Shown: positions 20,401 through 29,216 of the stretch, piece by piece | Numbering within the stretch: position 1 is the stretch's first letter | Layout of the letters: every line of letters starts with the position of its first letter | From: a candidate division NPL-UPA2 bacterium Unc8 | Lineage (GTDB): Bacteria; NPL-UPA2 | DNA length: 64,000 bases | Direction: 5' to 3' | Assembly: GCA_003574845.1 (NCBI GenBank) | Contig: NDHY01000003.1 | Span: 646-64,645 of the forward strand | Translations under genes and position numbers: made by a program | The notes under the pieces: model-generated | The model's database searches: none | Told to the model about the DNA's origin: nothing | The model's input: the letters and a program-made list of their open reading frames with translations, nothing else

Positions 20401-20544
20401 TACCACCGAAACCATAGGAAATTCCATCTCCGGGAACATATCAATGCCTAAGCGGGTAAAAGAGATTGCTCCCATGAGGACAACAACTAAAATAAGCATG
20501 GTAATAGCTACCGGCCGCCTGACAGAAAAATCAGAAAGAAACAT
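17455..20544 (-). CDS. RND efflux permease (AcrB/SwrC family)
   Basis: 1029 aa; GMLLDNAIVVIENI, VVNNAIV, RLRPILMT. Confidence 0.95.
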   Translation of the reverse strand: MFLSDFSVRRPVAITMLILVVVLMGAISFTRLGIDMFPEMEFPMVSVVTTYPGVAPEDMEELISKPIEEVVATVKGIREVRSVSHEGISVVSAEFVWGTNLDFAAQDIRAIIDLIEVFLPEDMNRPLVIKFDLAMWPIMMFGITGERDLFDLRDLIDDVMKPRLERIEGVASVRLWGGLEREFLVEVDRSRLEAHNLSLPEVAGAIRAANLNLPAGHLVEGPREFLVRTIGEFEGLDEIRRTVVSLREGKPIYLEDIAVISDTHKELRGYTRVDGQDGLLMAISRESGANTVRIARQVREELNQLKKVLPPDIEMQEMFDQAKFIEASISGLARSGLWGGLAAIFVLFLFLRNWRPTLTIALAIPLAILATFIPIYSLGYTLNMMTLGGLALAVGMLLDNAIVVIENIFRHLKEGKEPKEAAQVGTGEMSMAISASTLTTIVVFLPLAFVAGITGRMAQGLGITVGSSLIVSLFVALTLVPMVASKLLRKKPVTSNQLSVTSSADGRFNRFREGYQGLLTWALKHRAKVILTAAAIFISSLGFLTLLDTEFIPRMDSGIYMATLRMPIDTSLEETDRVVRGVERIIADIPEMEASTVSVGLYPGAEVDLAFGFGVTGVNEAMFFGTLTGIEERKRSIEEVLTEIRHRLPQDIEGLSTSFIEFGPAAIMGGAGAAPINIKLFGKDLVVLEELSNVVTKKLEGIEGIHSIDATLRPGKPELQIEIDRERASRKGLGVAGIANAVRMAIKGDVVTRFREAGEEIDIRLRLREADRDSLADLTIPSPKGMLVHLDEVAEIHSRRGLAAIFREERVRVAEVNAHFIGRSLGEIMDEVRGAVAGITIPPGYFIEYGGEYEDMIEMFYSLIFVLVLAVLLVYMVMAAQFESLLHPFAIIFSIPLSLIGVVSALLITGNTLSLVSFIGMIMVTGIVVNNAIVFIDYVNQLRAKGLSRDKAIIQAGGVRLRPILMTASTTILALLPLTLGRAMGVEMRSSMAVAIIGGLFASTFFTLVVVPTIYSLLDDWAHRIVVKS

Positions 20545-20546
20545 TT

Positions 20547-21458
20547 TTACTTACCTCCCTCGACTCTTACCCTCGCTCCATCCCTGAGACCGAAATGGCC
20601 TCCAATGATTACTTTATTTTGAGATTCAACTCCTGAGATAAGCTCTATCCTATCTTCGGTAACTATTCCTGTCTCTACTTCCTTTATTTTAGCCACTGAG
20701 TTCTCTATTACATAGACTATCTCCCGGCCATCCCTTACTAAAACGGCATCCCGGGGAACAATGAGTACATTCCGGCGCTCATTAGTAATAAGCTCTACCC
20801 GGGCAAACATCCCCGGCTTTAGTTTATGCTCGGGATTATCAATAATTACCTCTACCGGCGCCCGACGAGAGAAAATATCAATCACAGGGCTGATTTTGTC
20901 CACCCTACCCATAAAAACCTCTTGCGGATAAGCAACTACCTCCACCCGTGCCTCCTGCCCTTTTTTGATACGGGGAATATCCCTCTCGGCAACACCAACC
21001 TTTATCTTTACTCTATCCATATCTACAATTGATGCCACGGGAGTGTGAGGAGTTACCATATCTCCCAAGTCCACATGGATGCGACCCACGATTCCGCTTA
21101 AGAAAGAATTTACCGGAGATAATTCAAACTTAAAGCCGGGTTCATCTCTATCAATTAGAGCAATGGTTTCTCCTTTCTTAACCCGATTCCCCACAACCAC
21201 ATTTTTTTGGATAATCTTTCCACTCACCCTGGGATAGACTTCAAACCTATTCTGGGCTTCAACGTCTCCGACCAGAGAAATAGTTTCCCTGATATTTCCC
21301 CTCACTACATCAACTACTTTTACCGTCACCCTTTCGGCGACAAAAACTACCTCTACTTCCTCCCCTGGAAGCATCGCTCTTCCGACAATAACAAGCACTA
21401 TAGCTAAGATTGTTATTCCGGCAATAATTCCTTTTTTCTTCATCATTCTCTCCCTCAT
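20547..21458 (-). CDS. RND periplasmic adaptor (membrane fusion protein)
   Basis: N-terminal TM, lipoyl-like halves, LKPGMFARV. Confidence 0.9.
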   Translation of the reverse strand: MRERMMKKKGIIAGITILAIVLVIVGRAMLPGEEVEVVFVAERVTVKVVDVVRGNIRETISLVGDVEAQNRFEVYPRVSGKIIQKNVVVGNRVKKGETIALIDRDEPGFKFELSPVNSFLSGIVGRIHVDLGDMVTPHTPVASIVDMDRVKIKVGVAERDIPRIKKGQEARVEVVAYPQEVFMGRVDKISPVIDIFSRRAPVEVIIDNPEHKLKPGMFARVELITNERRNVLIVPRDAVLVRDGREIVYVIENSVAKIKEVETGIVTEDRIELISGVESQNKVIIGGHFGLRDGARVRVEGGK

Positions 21459-21459
21459 T

Positions 21460-22734
21460 TTACTCTCTACTCCCTCTGTATCTACCTCCAGTGGCTCTCT
21501 CCAGACTGGCTTTACCGATCAGGTGTTCATAGAGAGCCCGGGCATAACCGGTGCGCGCCTTAGTCAAAGCCAGATGCACACCCATCACTTCCAGGTGAGT
21601 GCTTATCCCCTTCCGGTGACGTTCCCTAACAATTTTTAGATTCTCTTCAGCCTGTTGGACATTCTTGAGTTGAAACTCTATTATCTCACGGGCTTTCTCT
21701 AAATCTAAAAAGGCCTGGCGGACTTCAAATCTTACCCTGTCCTTAAAATCTTTTAACCCGAGAAGCGATTTTTCATGCTCTGACCTGGCCTGCCCAACCC
21801 GGCCCCTGGTCATTAGCCCATCAAAGATGGGAACTTCTATCATAATCCCGGCATTCCAGTTCCAGTCCCAGTCAGGAGTAGGGGGGAGACCCTCAAGTCC
21901 TTCATAATTCCCAAATAGCGAAATTAAAGGTCTATGCCCGGAGCGGGCAACATCAATATTTTTCTCTCTCATCTTAGAAACCAGCCTTAACTGTCTGATT
22001 TCGGATCGCTGCTCCAGAGCCTTAAGAAGCGCCTCATTCAGATCCGGCTGGAGAGGAAGATACTCCAGACTCCCCTCCAGAGAAAACGAGCTGTCAAGGT
22101 CTAAGTCCAATAGATTCTTGAATAAATTCTCAACTGACTGTAACTGGCTTCTGACCTGAATAAGTTCGCTGGAAGCGTTGATTACTTCAATCTCTGCCCT
22201 TAAAAGGTCAAATCGGGGAACCTCTCCTTTATTAAACCGCTCTTTCGTCGTCTGATAATGAGACTGGAGTAGATTTAGAGCCTCAGCTCTAACGGCTACC
22301 AACTCCTGAGCTAACAAGATTCCATAAAAACCTTTTTTAACCCGGAAGGTTATTTCCGCCTCAACCGTATGAAGACCTTCCTCCATCGCCTGGTGATGCA
22401 ATTCAGCCGCCTGAATTGTCCCTCTTATCATCCCTCCGGCATAAAGAGGCTGGATTAGTCTTAAGTTGGCTCTATGACTATCCATATTCAATCTATCCAA
22501 TCTAATATAAGCAGCCTCGGCTGATAGCCGCGGCAAGGCTCCGGAACGAGCCTCCATCACCATAGCAGTTGTTCGTCGCAACTCTTCCCGGGCGAGTAAG
22601 ACTTGAGGATTATTTTTTAGAGCCAGCTGAATGCTCTCCTCAAGGGTGAAAACACGCTCTCTCGTGGTCTCTTGGGTCCCGGCCGAAGCTGGAAAGCCCA
22701 AAAAGATGACAACGCAGAAGATTAAAAATTTCAT
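21460..22734 (-). CDS. TolC-family outer membrane efflux protein
   Basis: Signal peptide, LEESIQLALKNNP, duplicated OEP repeats, PIFDG. Confidence 0.9.
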   Translation of the reverse strand: MKFLIFCVVIFLGFPASAGTQETTRERVFTLEESIQLALKNNPQVLLAREELRRTTAMVMEARSGALPRLSAEAAYIRLDRLNMDSHRANLRLIQPLYAGGMIRGTIQAAELHHQAMEEGLHTVEAEITFRVKKGFYGILLAQELVAVRAEALNLLQSHYQTTKERFNKGEVPRFDLLRAEIEVINASSELIQVRSQLQSVENLFKNLLDLDLDSSFSLEGSLEYLPLQPDLNEALLKALEQRSEIRQLRLVSKMREKNIDVARSGHRPLISLFGNYEGLEGLPPTPDWDWNWNAGIMIEVPIFDGLMTRGRVGQARSEHEKSLLGLKDFKDRVRFEVRQAFLDLEKAREIIEFQLKNVQQAEENLKIVRERHRKGISTHLEVMGVHLALTKARTGYARALYEHLIGKASLERATGGRYRGSRE

Positions 22735-22742
22735 AAGCTTCC

Positions 22743-23060
22743 TTACCCTCCTTTTTTCTTCATATTATTACAAATAATCATTTTTATCAAAGAATTTTTT
22801 ACCTGGTCCAGGGAAAATATTCTGGGATTGGAGAGCCAGTGCGTGGCCAGCCCATCAATAGCAGCCAAAATTATTGAGGCTAAATACCGAGGATTAGTCT
22901 CTTCTCTAAAATCTTTTCCTCGGCCTCAAGGCTCAAAGAAGAGACCTTTTTAACATATGAATCCTTAAAGTTTTCAAAAAGATAGAGACATAGTTCAAAG
23001 AAGAGTTCCTTCTTGCTGGAAAAATACTCGTAAATTGTGCCCTTGCCGACATTGGCAATC
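22743..23060 (-). pseudogene. TetR/AcrR-family regulator remnant
   Basis: IANVGKGTIYEYFSSKKELF (second half of the HTH), then in another frame NPRYLASIILAAIDGLATHWL; the N-terminus and middle are missing. Confidence 0.75.
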
Positions 23061-23131
23061 GGAAGGTTATTTAAAAACCCGGGTAGTCCGCGATTTCACT
23101 TTATCAGGCTAATCAGGGGAAGTTACTTAAG

Positions 23132-24595
23132 TTATTTCTTAGAGAGATATTCCTTCTCCCAGATAGGCCGGGATAGTCTCCTCAGTTCTTTTCCATAATT
23201 TATAAGCCCCTTCCTATATTCTTCATCCTCCATAGCCGCTTGAGCTTCATCGTAAATGGGTCGGGGATGATACTTCTGGAGTATCTGCTCATAATAGACC
23301 TGGTAATGATCCCGGATGGGACAGGTCATTAAGAGATTATTCTGTTCGCCATCAGGTTTCCCGTATCCATAGCTCGTCTGCCACTCTCTTATCGCCCGGA
23401 AAAAATCAGACTCCAGCACAGTATTTAAATCTCCCCCCTTTTCATAGACCTCGTTTATATTATCTGCGGCGTAGGGTTGAAACCCGCAGGGAGTACAATC
23501 ACCTGCTCCGGTTATGTTAAAGTGCCCTCCACACCAGCGCTCTGAACCTCGCCTACCGGCTGCGATACATCCGCATACTACTGTGCTATCATTCCAGAAA
23601 TCACCAATAAAATACTCCTTCTCCCGCTCCATCTTCCGTTTTCTCTCCCTCATGAAGAGTCGCTGCTCCGGAGTAGGCATAAGAGCGAGGGTATAGGATT
23701 TTCCGATGGGCATATAGTGAAACTGCCACTGGTATTTTGCCCCTTGCTCCTCAAAGTAGAAGTCATAAAACTTATCACTGGTTACCGCATCTACATTCTC
23801 CCGAGTGGCGGTTACCGATATTCCAAAGGGAACTCCAGCTTCCCTCAGATTAGCGAAGGCGGTGAGTATCTTCCGATAGACACCCTTTCCTCTTCGGGCA
23901 TCGGTCTCTCCTTCAAACCCCTCTACAGATATGGCCGGAGTTATATTGCCAACCTCAGCCAATCTCTGAGCCATTTTCTCATTTATGAGGGTACCGTTAG
24001 TATATATTAAGAAAAGGACATCCCCGTGTTTCCGGGCCACATCAAAGAGGTGAGGATAGAGAAGCGGCTCCCCGCCGGAGAAGACGACAACATGAGCTCT
24101 CCAGAGTTCCTTCATCTCTCTTACCACTCTATCAACCACCTCATATTTAAGGGTATTCCCCCATTTTCCTTTTCCAGAAGCTGTATAGCAACCAGGACAA
24201 TCCAGGTTACAGGCCTGGGTAGGACAGATAAGCACAAAGGAAGGTGGATAAAAACCCTTCTCCTCATAAAACTTCCTTTTTGGTCCAATCTTTCCACCCC
24301 ATAATACTCCTCCCAAAGTGTACTCGACCAAAGCCTTAAAATATTTAGAAGAAATATTACCCTCCATCGTGCGCTCAAGAGAGCGTAAAGCGGCTTTGCC
24401 CATGTAATACTTATCCTCAGCCTGTTTACTACCACGATTTACGATTAGTCGGTGTGCCAAACGCTCTCTTACCTTCTTAAAGGCAAATCTCCGCACTTTA
24501 GCATTACGCAGGCACAGTTTGCTCAATAGTAGCAAGAGACGCACCACTCCCTGGAAAATTTTTTCCTTCAATTTGCTTCCATTTATTTTAATCAT
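23132..24595 (-). CDS. Radical SAM/SPASM-domain protein
   Basis: CNLDCPGC, SGGEP, TNGT, DFWND..GCIAAGR, TPC, CPIRD. Confidence 0.85.
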   Translation of the reverse strand: MIKINGSKLKEKIFQGVVRLLLLLSKLCLRNAKVRRFAFKKVRERLAHRLIVNRGSKQAEDKYYMGKAALRSLERTMEGNISSKYFKALVEYTLGGVLWGGKIGPKRKFYEEKGFYPPSFVLICPTQACNLDCPGCYTASGKGKWGNTLKYEVVDRVVREMKELWRAHVVVFSGGEPLLYPHLFDVARKHGDVLFLIYTNGTLINEKMAQRLAEVGNITPAISVEGFEGETDARRGKGVYRKILTAFANLREAGVPFGISVTATRENVDAVTSDKFYDFYFEEQGAKYQWQFHYMPIGKSYTLALMPTPEQRLFMRERKRKMEREKEYFIGDFWNDSTVVCGCIAAGRRGSERWCGGHFNITGAGDCTPCGFQPYAADNINEVYEKGGDLNTVLESDFFRAIREWQTSYGYGKPDGEQNNLLMTCPIRDHYQVYYEQILQKYHPRPIYDEAQAAMEDEEYRKGLINYGKELRRLSRPIWEKEYLSKK

Positions 24596-24636
24596 TCCAG
24601 CACCCTCCTTTTTTGATTCTTCTTGCTCCCGCCTGA

Positions 24637-24659
24637 AATAGTTCGTTATCCGAAGTATT
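24637..24659. promoter_or_regulatory. Putative MarR operator
   Basis: Palindrome AATAGTTCG-TTATC-CGAAGTATT; a related site ATTACTTCG-TATCC-AGAATAAT lies at 25159-25180. Confidence 0.55.
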
Positions 24660-24670
24660 AAACCAAAAAA

Positions 24671-25138
24671 TTAAGCTTTAAGACTATCCATCTCCACTTT
24701 TCTCATTACCTGAGAGACTATTTTCAATATATCGATTAAGATCTGGCGATCACGCTGGGACACTCTTTCCAAAATGGCCGAAATATGTTCTTGCTTTCTC
24801 TCATTTATCCTCTGGATAATTTTTAACCCTTCACCCGTCAAACCGACCCAAACTATACGACGGTCTTTCATATCGCTACTCTTTTCAACAAAGCGCTTTT
24901 TCACTAAACGGTTAACCAGCTCGGTCATGGTGTTCAAAGCAACGCCCAGGGACTGGCTCAATTCCGTTATCATACACTTACCTTTTCCGACCAATATATC
25001 TAAAGCAAGATATTGCCGGAGGGTGATATTAATTCCAAAAAGTTTGTTTGGGTCAGAGATCTGAAGATGTTTAATTAAAACAGGCAGCAGATTATCCAAT
25101 TGAGAAATATATTCACGCATTTTCTTTGTCTTCATCAT
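24671..25138 (-). CDS. MarR-family transcriptional regulator
   Basis: ITLRQY..L, TMTELVNRLVKK, DRR..V.LT..G. Confidence 0.92.
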   Translation of the reverse strand: MMKTKKMREYISQLDNLLPVLIKHLQISDPNKLFGINITLRQYLALDILVGKGKCMITELSQSLGVALNTMTELVNRLVKKRFVEKSSDMKDRRIVWVGLTGEGLKIIQRINERKQEHISAILERVSQRDRQILIDILKIVSQVMRKVEMDSLKA

Positions 25139-25228
25139 AATTCCCGACTGAATTGGTTATTACTTCGTATCCAGAATAATTCTGCGCGCTTTAAATTAGC
25201 TTGTCAAGTAAAATCGCAAACTTCCTAA

Positions 25229-25315
25229 CGGCGGGAGTAGGATTTGAACCTACGGTACCCTTTAAGGTACACCTGTTTTCGAGACAGGCCTGATAAACCA
25301 CTCCAGCATCCCGCC
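25229..25315 (-). tRNA. tRNA-Ser(CGA)
   Basis: GGCGGGA acceptor, CCTGT-CTCGAAA-ACAGG anticodon arm, long variable arm, GGTTCAAATCC. Confidence 0.93.
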
Positions 25316-25365
25316 TAAAATTGAAGAAAGGGCGGGGTAAGTGAAAAGTCTCTATCGGTTACTTT

Positions 25366-25770
25366 TTAAGAAACTGGCTCAGACCGGGATATCTCTGCCT
25401 CGTAAGCTTCAAGCACTTTTTCCTGGATGTATTCCCGGCACTGACTTGTAATTGGGTGAGCCAGGTCCCTGTGTTCGCTTTTTGAGGCCGCCTCAGACTC
25501 CGTAGCTGCAGGAACAGGGGGTATCTCTTTCCCGCATCTATTGCAGAATTTGCTTCTGATTTCATTTTCAAATCCACATTCAGGACACTTCTCGCGCACC
25601 TTTCTTGAGGGCATAGCAACAAATAATCCCCTTTTCCCATCAATTACCTTGACATCGCGGATGGCAAATTCGTTATCAAAGGTTAATGTTACATATGCTT
25701 TCAGCCTTCCTTCCCGTTCCCTCATTGGTCGCACCCTAATTTCTGTAATTTCCACTTTGCATTCCTCCAT
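25366..25770 (-). CDS. spoVG: SpoVG-family protein with a Zn-ribbon insertion
   Basis: ITEIRV, LKAY, FVAMPSRK, CPEC..CNRC insert, DLAHPI. Confidence 0.9.
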   Translation of the reverse strand: MEECKVEITEIRVRPMREREGRLKAYVTLTFDNEFAIRDVKVIDGKRGLFVAMPSRKVREKCPECGFENEIRSKFCNRCGKEIPPVPAATESEAASKSEHRDLAHPITSQCREYIQEKVLEAYEAEISRSEPVS

Positions 25771-25806
25771 GCCTACGCCTTGCTTACCTCGTTCCCATGT
25801 TGTCAT

Positions 25807-26709
25807 TCAATTAAGCAGCTTTTCCTTGACTACTTTCACTCCTTCCAGAGATGTTTTCACTACATAAACAACCTCCCTTTGAACTGCCATTGCTATTTTT
25901 TCTGCATGGGCTCTCTGGCGGACAACGCCAAAGACAGCAGGCCCGCTGCCAGACATCAGCGCTCCTTCTGCTCCGAGGGACCTGAGCTCGTCTTTCATTA
26001 TCCCTACTACTGGATATTTCTTCGTTATCACCTCCTCGAATCTGTTGTAGAGGGCTTTCTCTAAATTTCCCCCTTCAAGGCAAGATAAAACTGTTTTAAG
26101 TTGGCTTCTTTCGTTTATTAAATTTAAATTTTGATAAGCATGGCGGGTTAAGATGCTAAATTTTGGTATCAGGAGAATAAGCCAGAAGTGCTGCCAGTTG
26201 GCAAGAGATGTTATCTTGTCCCCTCTTCCTGTGCCCACCGCCCTTCCTCCTGAAATAAAAAAGGGAACATCACTGCCAAGTGATGCAGCAAGCTCTACAA
26301 GATGTGTCCTGGAGAGATTTAATTTCCATAGTTCATTCAGTCCCACAAGTGTTGCCGCAGCATTGCTTGACCCACCCCCCAATCCTGCTGCCACCGGAAT
26401 CCTTTTTTTTAATTTAATCCTCACCCCCTTTTTTATCTTACAATTCTCAAGGATAATATTTGCAGCCTGATATATTAAATTCGCTTTCCCGGAAGGAGTC
26501 ACCCCTTCCAGTGACATAACTTCTACTCCCTGATTTATCTCTATTAGAGAAAGCTCATCATATAGGCCAATTGCCTGTAGTACCGTTTCTATTTCGTGAT
26601 AACCATCGTCTCTTTTCTTTAAAACATTGAGGAATAAATTTATCTTGGCAGGTGAGATAACTTTTACTCTATTATTAACTCCGTTTGTGTAAGAGTTTGC
26701 TTTGCTCAT
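25807..26709 (-). CDS. ispE: 4-diphosphocytidyl-2-C-methyl-D-erythritol kinase
   Basis: PAKINLFL, DGYHEIET, IPVAAGLGGGSSNAA, GSDVPFF, MSGSG. Confidence 0.96.
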   Translation of the reverse strand: MSKANSYTNGVNNRVKVISPAKINLFLNVLKKRDDGYHEIETVLQAIGLYDELSLIEINQGVEVMSLEGVTPSGKANLIYQAANIILENCKIKKGVRIKLKKRIPVAAGLGGGSSNAAATLVGLNELWKLNLSRTHLVELAASLGSDVPFFISGGRAVGTGRGDKITSLANWQHFWLILLIPKFSILTRHAYQNLNLINERSQLKTVLSCLEGGNLEKALYNRFEEVITKKYPVVGIMKDELRSLGAEGALMSGSGPAVFGVVRQRAHAEKIAMAVQREVVYVVKTSLEGVKVVKEKLLN

Positions 26710-26718
26710 TTGTGGATG

Positions 26719-27588
26719 TTAATAAATTACCTTATTCAATGCATATTCAATGATACCTTCAGCCCCGGCCTCTTTTAATTGTGGAATAATCTCGCGCACT
26801 ACCGCCTCATCAACTACTGTCTCTACGGCACACCACCTCTCATCACTCAAGTGGGAGATGGTTGGCTCTTTCATTGCTGGAAGAATAGAGATAACTCTAT
26901 GGAGATTCTTTTTGGAAACATTCATTTTCAACCCAACCTTTTCAATAGCTTGAAGTGCTCCTTGAAGAAGGGTAAGAAGATTATCAATCTTTTTCCTTTT
27001 CCACCCATTGCGGTAGCTCTGTTCATTAGCAACAAGAATAGTTACTGACTCCAGGACATTATCAATCGCGCGCAGATTATTTGCCTTAAGAGAGCGACCG
27101 GTTTCAGTTAATTCAACTACTGCATCAGCAAGTGTCGGTGGCTTTGCCTCAGTTGCCCCCCAGGAGAACTCAACCGTTGAGTTCACTTTATGCCGACTCA
27201 GATAATTTTTAGTTACGTTAACGAGCTCAGTAGCAATCCGCTTGCCTTCTAAATCATTTACACTTCTTATCTTTGAGTCCTTCGGAACGGCTAAAACCCA
27301 TCTTATGGGTTGTAATTTTTGCCTGCCGTATAAAAGCTCAGCTACCTCCACAACTCCTATGCCGCTTTCAATCACCCAGTCACGACCGGTAATTCCAGCG
27401 TCAAAAATCCCTTCTCCAACATAGCGTGGCATCTCCTGGGGCCTCGCCAGAATTACCTCCATTTCCCTGTCATCAACAGTTGGAAAGTAAGACCTCTCTC
27501 CAAAGGAAATGGCATATCCTGCTTTTTTAAAAATAGATAGAGTTTGCTTCTCAAGACTTCCAATTGGCAATCCAATACGCAGCTTCAT
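26719..27588 (-). CDS. hisG: ATP phosphoribosyltransferase (long form)
   Basis: GLP.GSL, DAGITG.D, WGATE, ETG.SL..N, C-terminal PT.S.L regulatory domain. Confidence 0.95.
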   Translation of the reverse strand: MKLRIGLPIGSLEKQTLSIFKKAGYAISFGERSYFPTVDDREMEVILARPQEMPRYVGEGIFDAGITGRDWVIESGIGVVEVAELLYGRQKLQPIRWVLAVPKDSKIRSVNDLEGKRIATELVNVTKNYLSRHKVNSTVEFSWGATEAKPPTLADAVVELTETGRSLKANNLRAIDNVLESVTILVANEQSYRNGWKRKKIDNLLTLLQGALQAIEKVGLKMNVSKKNLHRVISILPAMKEPTISHLSDERWCAVETVVDEAVVREIIPQLKEAGAEGIIEYALNKVIY

Positions 27589-27611
27589 TTTTTCCTCCCA
27601 TTCCACCCTTC

Positions 27612-27750
27612 AACAGTCAGCAGAACACCAGGCACCAGTTTAAGAACTAATTCAAAAGTTAAAAGTGCAAGTTAAAAGTTAAAAGTTTTTCAAATCAACT
27701 TTAAATTTTGAATTTTGCATTGTAATTTTGACTTTTGATTTTTGAATTTC
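27612..27750. repeat. Heptamer-repeat palindromic element copy B
   Basis: Left arm CACCAGTTTAAGAACTAATTC(AAAAGTT)n and right arm (TTTTGAA/TTTTGCA/TTTTGAC)n; shares 34 nt with copy C and 27 nt with copy A. Confidence 0.85.
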
Positions 27751-27758
27751 CTATGCTT

Positions 27759-28643
27759 CTATCCTCTGGGGTGATATTTTGAGTGAACACTCTTCAACCT
27801 GAGCTGGTCAACATGTGTATAGACCTGTGTTGTAGAGATGTTAGTATGACCAAGCATTTCCTGGACAGACCTTAGATCCGCTCCACCCTGCAAGAGATGG
27901 GTAGCAAATGAATGGCGGAGAGTATGTGGAGAGAGCCTCTTTCCTACATCGGCGCAACGAGCACACCTCCTGGTAATTTCCCACAGTCCCTGTCTTGTAA
28001 ACCCCTGCCCCCGCCTGTTAATAAAGAGATAGCGAGAGAGGTTTGCTTTCGGAAAGAGCTTCCGACTACTTTTCAGGTATTTCTTCAGCCAGAAAGATGC
28101 CTCTCTCCCAAAAGGAATAATTCTTTCCTTCCCTCCTTTTCCGAAGCAGCGAACATAGTTAGAATTAATATTTACATCTGTTAATTTAAGGAATGTAATC
28201 TCTGATACCCTCATCCCCGTTGCATAAAGAAGCTCCATAATTCCTCGGTCCCTTACCGCCTCTTTTTTGGCGCCATTTATCCGTGTGAGAAAATTTTCTA
28301 TCTCGGCAACGGTCAGCACATCCGGCAATGGCTTGGAAATTGACGGTGAATCCACAAGGGAAGTGGGGTCATCTTTAAGTTTCCCCTCAGCAAGGAGAAA
28401 GCGGTAAAACATTTTTATCGCTACCAGACCCCTTGCTATTGAGCTTGAAGCCAATCTCTGCTTCTTTAGTTCTCTTAAATAGGCTATTACCTCACGGTGA
28501 CTGCCTTCTAATAGATGAATCTTCTCTTTCTCCAGAAATCGCAGGTATTTAACTATATCTCTGCGATAGCTAATGATTGTATTTTTAGCTAATCCTCTTT
28601 CTATTTCCAGGTAGTTTAAGAATTGGGTTAAATGATTTTGCAT
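27759..28643 (-). CDS. xerD: Tyrosine recombinase XerD
   Basis: ERGLAKNTI.SY..D, LYATGMRVSE, GKGGKER, SPHTLRHSFATHLL, LGH..ISTTQVY, HPRG. Confidence 0.93.
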   Translation of the reverse strand: MQNHLTQFLNYLEIERGLAKNTIISYRRDIVKYLRFLEKEKIHLLEGSHREVIAYLRELKKQRLASSSIARGLVAIKMFYRFLLAEGKLKDDPTSLVDSPSISKPLPDVLTVAEIENFLTRINGAKKEAVRDRGIMELLYATGMRVSEITFLKLTDVNINSNYVRCFGKGGKERIIPFGREASFWLKKYLKSSRKLFPKANLSRYLFINRRGQGFTRQGLWEITRRCARCADVGKRLSPHTLRHSFATHLLQGGADLRSVQEMLGHTNISTTQVYTHVDQLRLKSVHSKYHPRG

Positions 28644-29216
28644 TTAAATCATCCCGACAAATCCCATAAATCCTATTGAGAGAAGCCCTGCTACAATTAA
28701 CCCGATGGGTGCCCCCTTAAGGCTCTCGGGAATATTAACAAGGTCCAGCCTTTCTCTCAGGCCAGCAAAGAGAATAATAGCCAGCGTAAAGCCAATTCCA
28801 GCTCCAAAACCATGTAATGTGGATTCAACAAGAGTGAACCCCTCCTGAATATTAAGAAAGGCTACTCCTAATATAGCACAGTTTGTCGTAACCAGCGGCA
28901 GGTAAATTCCCAGTGCCCGATGGAGAGCAGGACTCTGCTTCTGAATTACCATTTCTACCAGTTGAACAAGGACAGCAATGACAAGAATGAAAGAGACAAT
29001 ATAAAGATATCCGAGATTGAATGGAATAAGAATAAGGTGATAAACAAAATAGGTAACAAAGCTTGCTATGGTCATTACAAAGATTACCGCTAATCCCATT
29101 CCCATTGCCGTTTCTATGCGACGGGACACTCCAAGGTAAGGGCAGATTCCCAGGAACCGCACTAAAACAAAGTTGTTGATAAAAATAGCCCCAAAGACAA
29201 TGCCAAATAATTCCAT
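28644..29216 (-). CDS. rnfA: Rnf complex subunit A
   Basis: NNFVL.RFLGICP, LPLVTTNCAILG. Confidence 0.95.
   Translation of the reverse strand: MELFGIVFGAIFINNFVLVRFLGICPYLGVSRRIETAMGMGLAVIFVMTIASFVTYFVYHLILIPFNLGYLYIVSFILVIAVLVQLVEMVIQKQSPALHRALGIYLPLVTTNCAILGVAFLNIQEGFTLVESTLHGFGAGIGFTLAIILFAGLRERLDLVNIPESLKGAPIGLIVAGLLSIGFMGFVGMI

Noticed and set aside
27612..27750. Possible CRISPR array in the repeat regions
   Set aside because: There are no constant 25-40 nt repeats separated by unique spacers, and no cas1/cas2
27759..28643. Tyrosine recombinase as a prophage or island integrase
   Set aside because: Its length and motifs fit housekeeping XerD, and no phage genes are adjacent
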